Positions 62,952 through 64,000 of a stretch of DNA of 64,000 nt are shown here, one piece after another; position 1 is the first letter of the stretch, and each line of letters starts with the position of its first letter. The notes beneath the pieces were generated by a model. That model was not told the DNA's origin. It did no database searches and saw only the letters and a program-made list of their open reading frames with translations. Origin of the DNA: a virus (lineage: Duplodnaviria; Heunggongvirae; Uroviricota; Caudoviricetes); IMG/VR virus record IMGVR_UViG_3300027673_000001, positions 82,759 through 146,758 of that record. One strand, given 5' to 3'. Made by a program: the position numbers and the translations under genes.

Positions 62952-64000
62952 CTATTGACAAGCCTCGCACTCACCTTTTGATGCCTGGACACCTGCTTGA
63001 GTGTAGATATAGTAGAGACCTAGGATATTTGGGTCTCTGAATGCCTCGGAGTGAACCTCAGCAATCCAAGCAGGATCTTCGTCGGCAGCGAAGAACAGGT
63101 TTAGGGACTGCCACTGGTCAACATACCTGCTTCTGGTAGAAGCCATGCGGATGATTGTCTTTTGGTTTATCTCAAAGGCAGTTCTGAATACAGCCTTTTC
63201 TTCTTCAGACAACCAGGACACCTTTTGAACAGAACCTTGAGCAGCAGTAATCTCTGCAACGTGCTTCTTGGAGTAGACGCCTTTCTTCTTCATCAGGTTC
63301 AGAAGAGCGGGATTGAGTCTATCCACATCACCAGCGGCGGTCTGTTGCGTAAAGCTCATTGCTGGGTCTGGGTTGATGCCTTCCGAAATGCCTCCCATAA
63401 TCAGAGCAGTTGACTTGGTTGGAGCAATAGCGATGCGGTGAGTATTGCGAAGACCATGCCCCTTACACCATTCCGGTTCCCCCAACTCCACTGCCATGTC
63501 CCTAGATGCCTCTAGAGATTGGTCCCAAATCTGCCCGGAGATTCTCATGTTCAGCATCTGAGCCTGGAAGCTCTCAAAGCTCACCATGTTTTCCTGCAGA
63601 TAGGTATGGAAGCCACATTGACCAAGACCAAGAGCTCTACCCTTTTGTGTGAAACGAACTGCTTTCTCCAGACCCGGAATGTCTTTTGCTTTTTCGATGA
63701 GTTCCGACGCCACACAGTCAAGGAAGATTGTTGCCCAGAACACAGCGTCGGTATCTTTCCACTCATCGTACTTTGCAACGTTCATCGAGGATAGAACGCA
63801 AGTGAAGGTATGATCTTCGTCGGCAAACAAGGTAATCTCATCACAAAGGTTGGAAGCCTTAACGTCCAGACCAAGTTCCTTGTACATCAAAGGTCTCTTT
63901 TCATTGATCTTGTCAATGAAGCAGAAGTAACCCTTACCAACAACCATCTTTATCTTCAGGGCCTTGGCGAACCTACGCTGCATTTCTGCGTCGCCATTCT
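62952..64000 (-). CDS. nrdA: ribonucleoside-diphosphate reductase alpha subunit NrdA (C-terminal part; 5' end beyond window)
   Basis: Active-site SNLCDEI, C-terminal GECEACQ Cys pair; frame stays open upstream of the track start to the window edge. Confidence 0.75.
   Translation of the reverse strand, partial: NGDAEMQRRFAKALKIKMVVGKGYFCFIDKINEKRPLMYKELGLDVKASNLCDEITLFADEDHTFTCVLSSMNVAKYDEWKDTDAVFWATIFLDCVASELIEKAKDIPGLEKAVRFTQKGRALGLGQCGFHTYLQENMVSFESFQAQMLNMRISGQIWDQSLEASRDMAVELGEPEWCKGHGLRNTHRIAIAPTKSTALIMGGISEGINPDPAMSFTQQTAAGDVDRLNPALLNLMKKKGVYSKKHVAEITAAQGSVQKVSWLSEEEKAVFRTAFEINQKTIIRMASTRSRYVDQWQSLNLFFAADEDPAWIAEVHSEAFRDPNILGLYYIYTQAGVQASKGECEACQ

Overview
This window is a 64-kb slice of a T4-like (Tevenvirinae-type) myovirus genome, probably a KVP40/Aeromonas-like 'schizo-T4' phage; that attribution is inference from gene content and the tRNA load. 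The left end (1-3323, + strand) is a short late/structural-looking module. It meets, at a bidirectional terminator, a very long minus-strand early/middle region (3351-50286, 57525-64000) made of dozens of small ORFs. Almost every one of those ORFs is preceded by a near-consensus sigma70-type early promoter (TTGAAT-N17-TATAAT or TTGACA/GTTTAC variants) and a Shine-Dalgarno site. T4 core homologues can be recognised by hand: gp32 SSB, gp59 helicase loader, DNA ligase, RNase H, DenV, dCMP deaminase, NrdA (truncated at the window end) and a GIY-YIG Seg-like homing endonuclease. Accessory genes include PhoH, MazG, a 5'(3')-deoxyribonucleotidase, ClpP-like protease, SleB-like and GH19 cell-wall hydrolases, an SPFH protein, a small HD-domain (SpoT-like) hydrolase, ThyX, two metallophosphoesterases, a CX5R phosphatase and an isolated PAAR protein. 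A 7-kb minus-strand tRNA island (50296-56165) carries about 30 tRNAs plus degenerate tRNA-like remnants. Four features look most novel. First, a 7-deazaguanine DNA-modification module (DpdA/Tgt-like, FolE, QueD, QueE, an extra T-fold protein, two GT-B glycosyltransferases, a P-loop ATPase) with no QueC visible. Second, a split kinase/phosphoesterase/ligase RNA 'heal-and-seal' set. Third, a family of ~90-nt hairpin elements with conserved CCATAT(A/T)GAAACACAC terminal inverted repeats interleaved with the tRNAs, four of which incorporate the 3' CCA of the adjacent tRNA or tRNA-like sequence. Fourth, three copies of a ~125-bp conserved non-coding element, each sitting directly upstream of an early promoter. 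All calls were made by eye from the sequence and the supplied ORF track; no searches were run.
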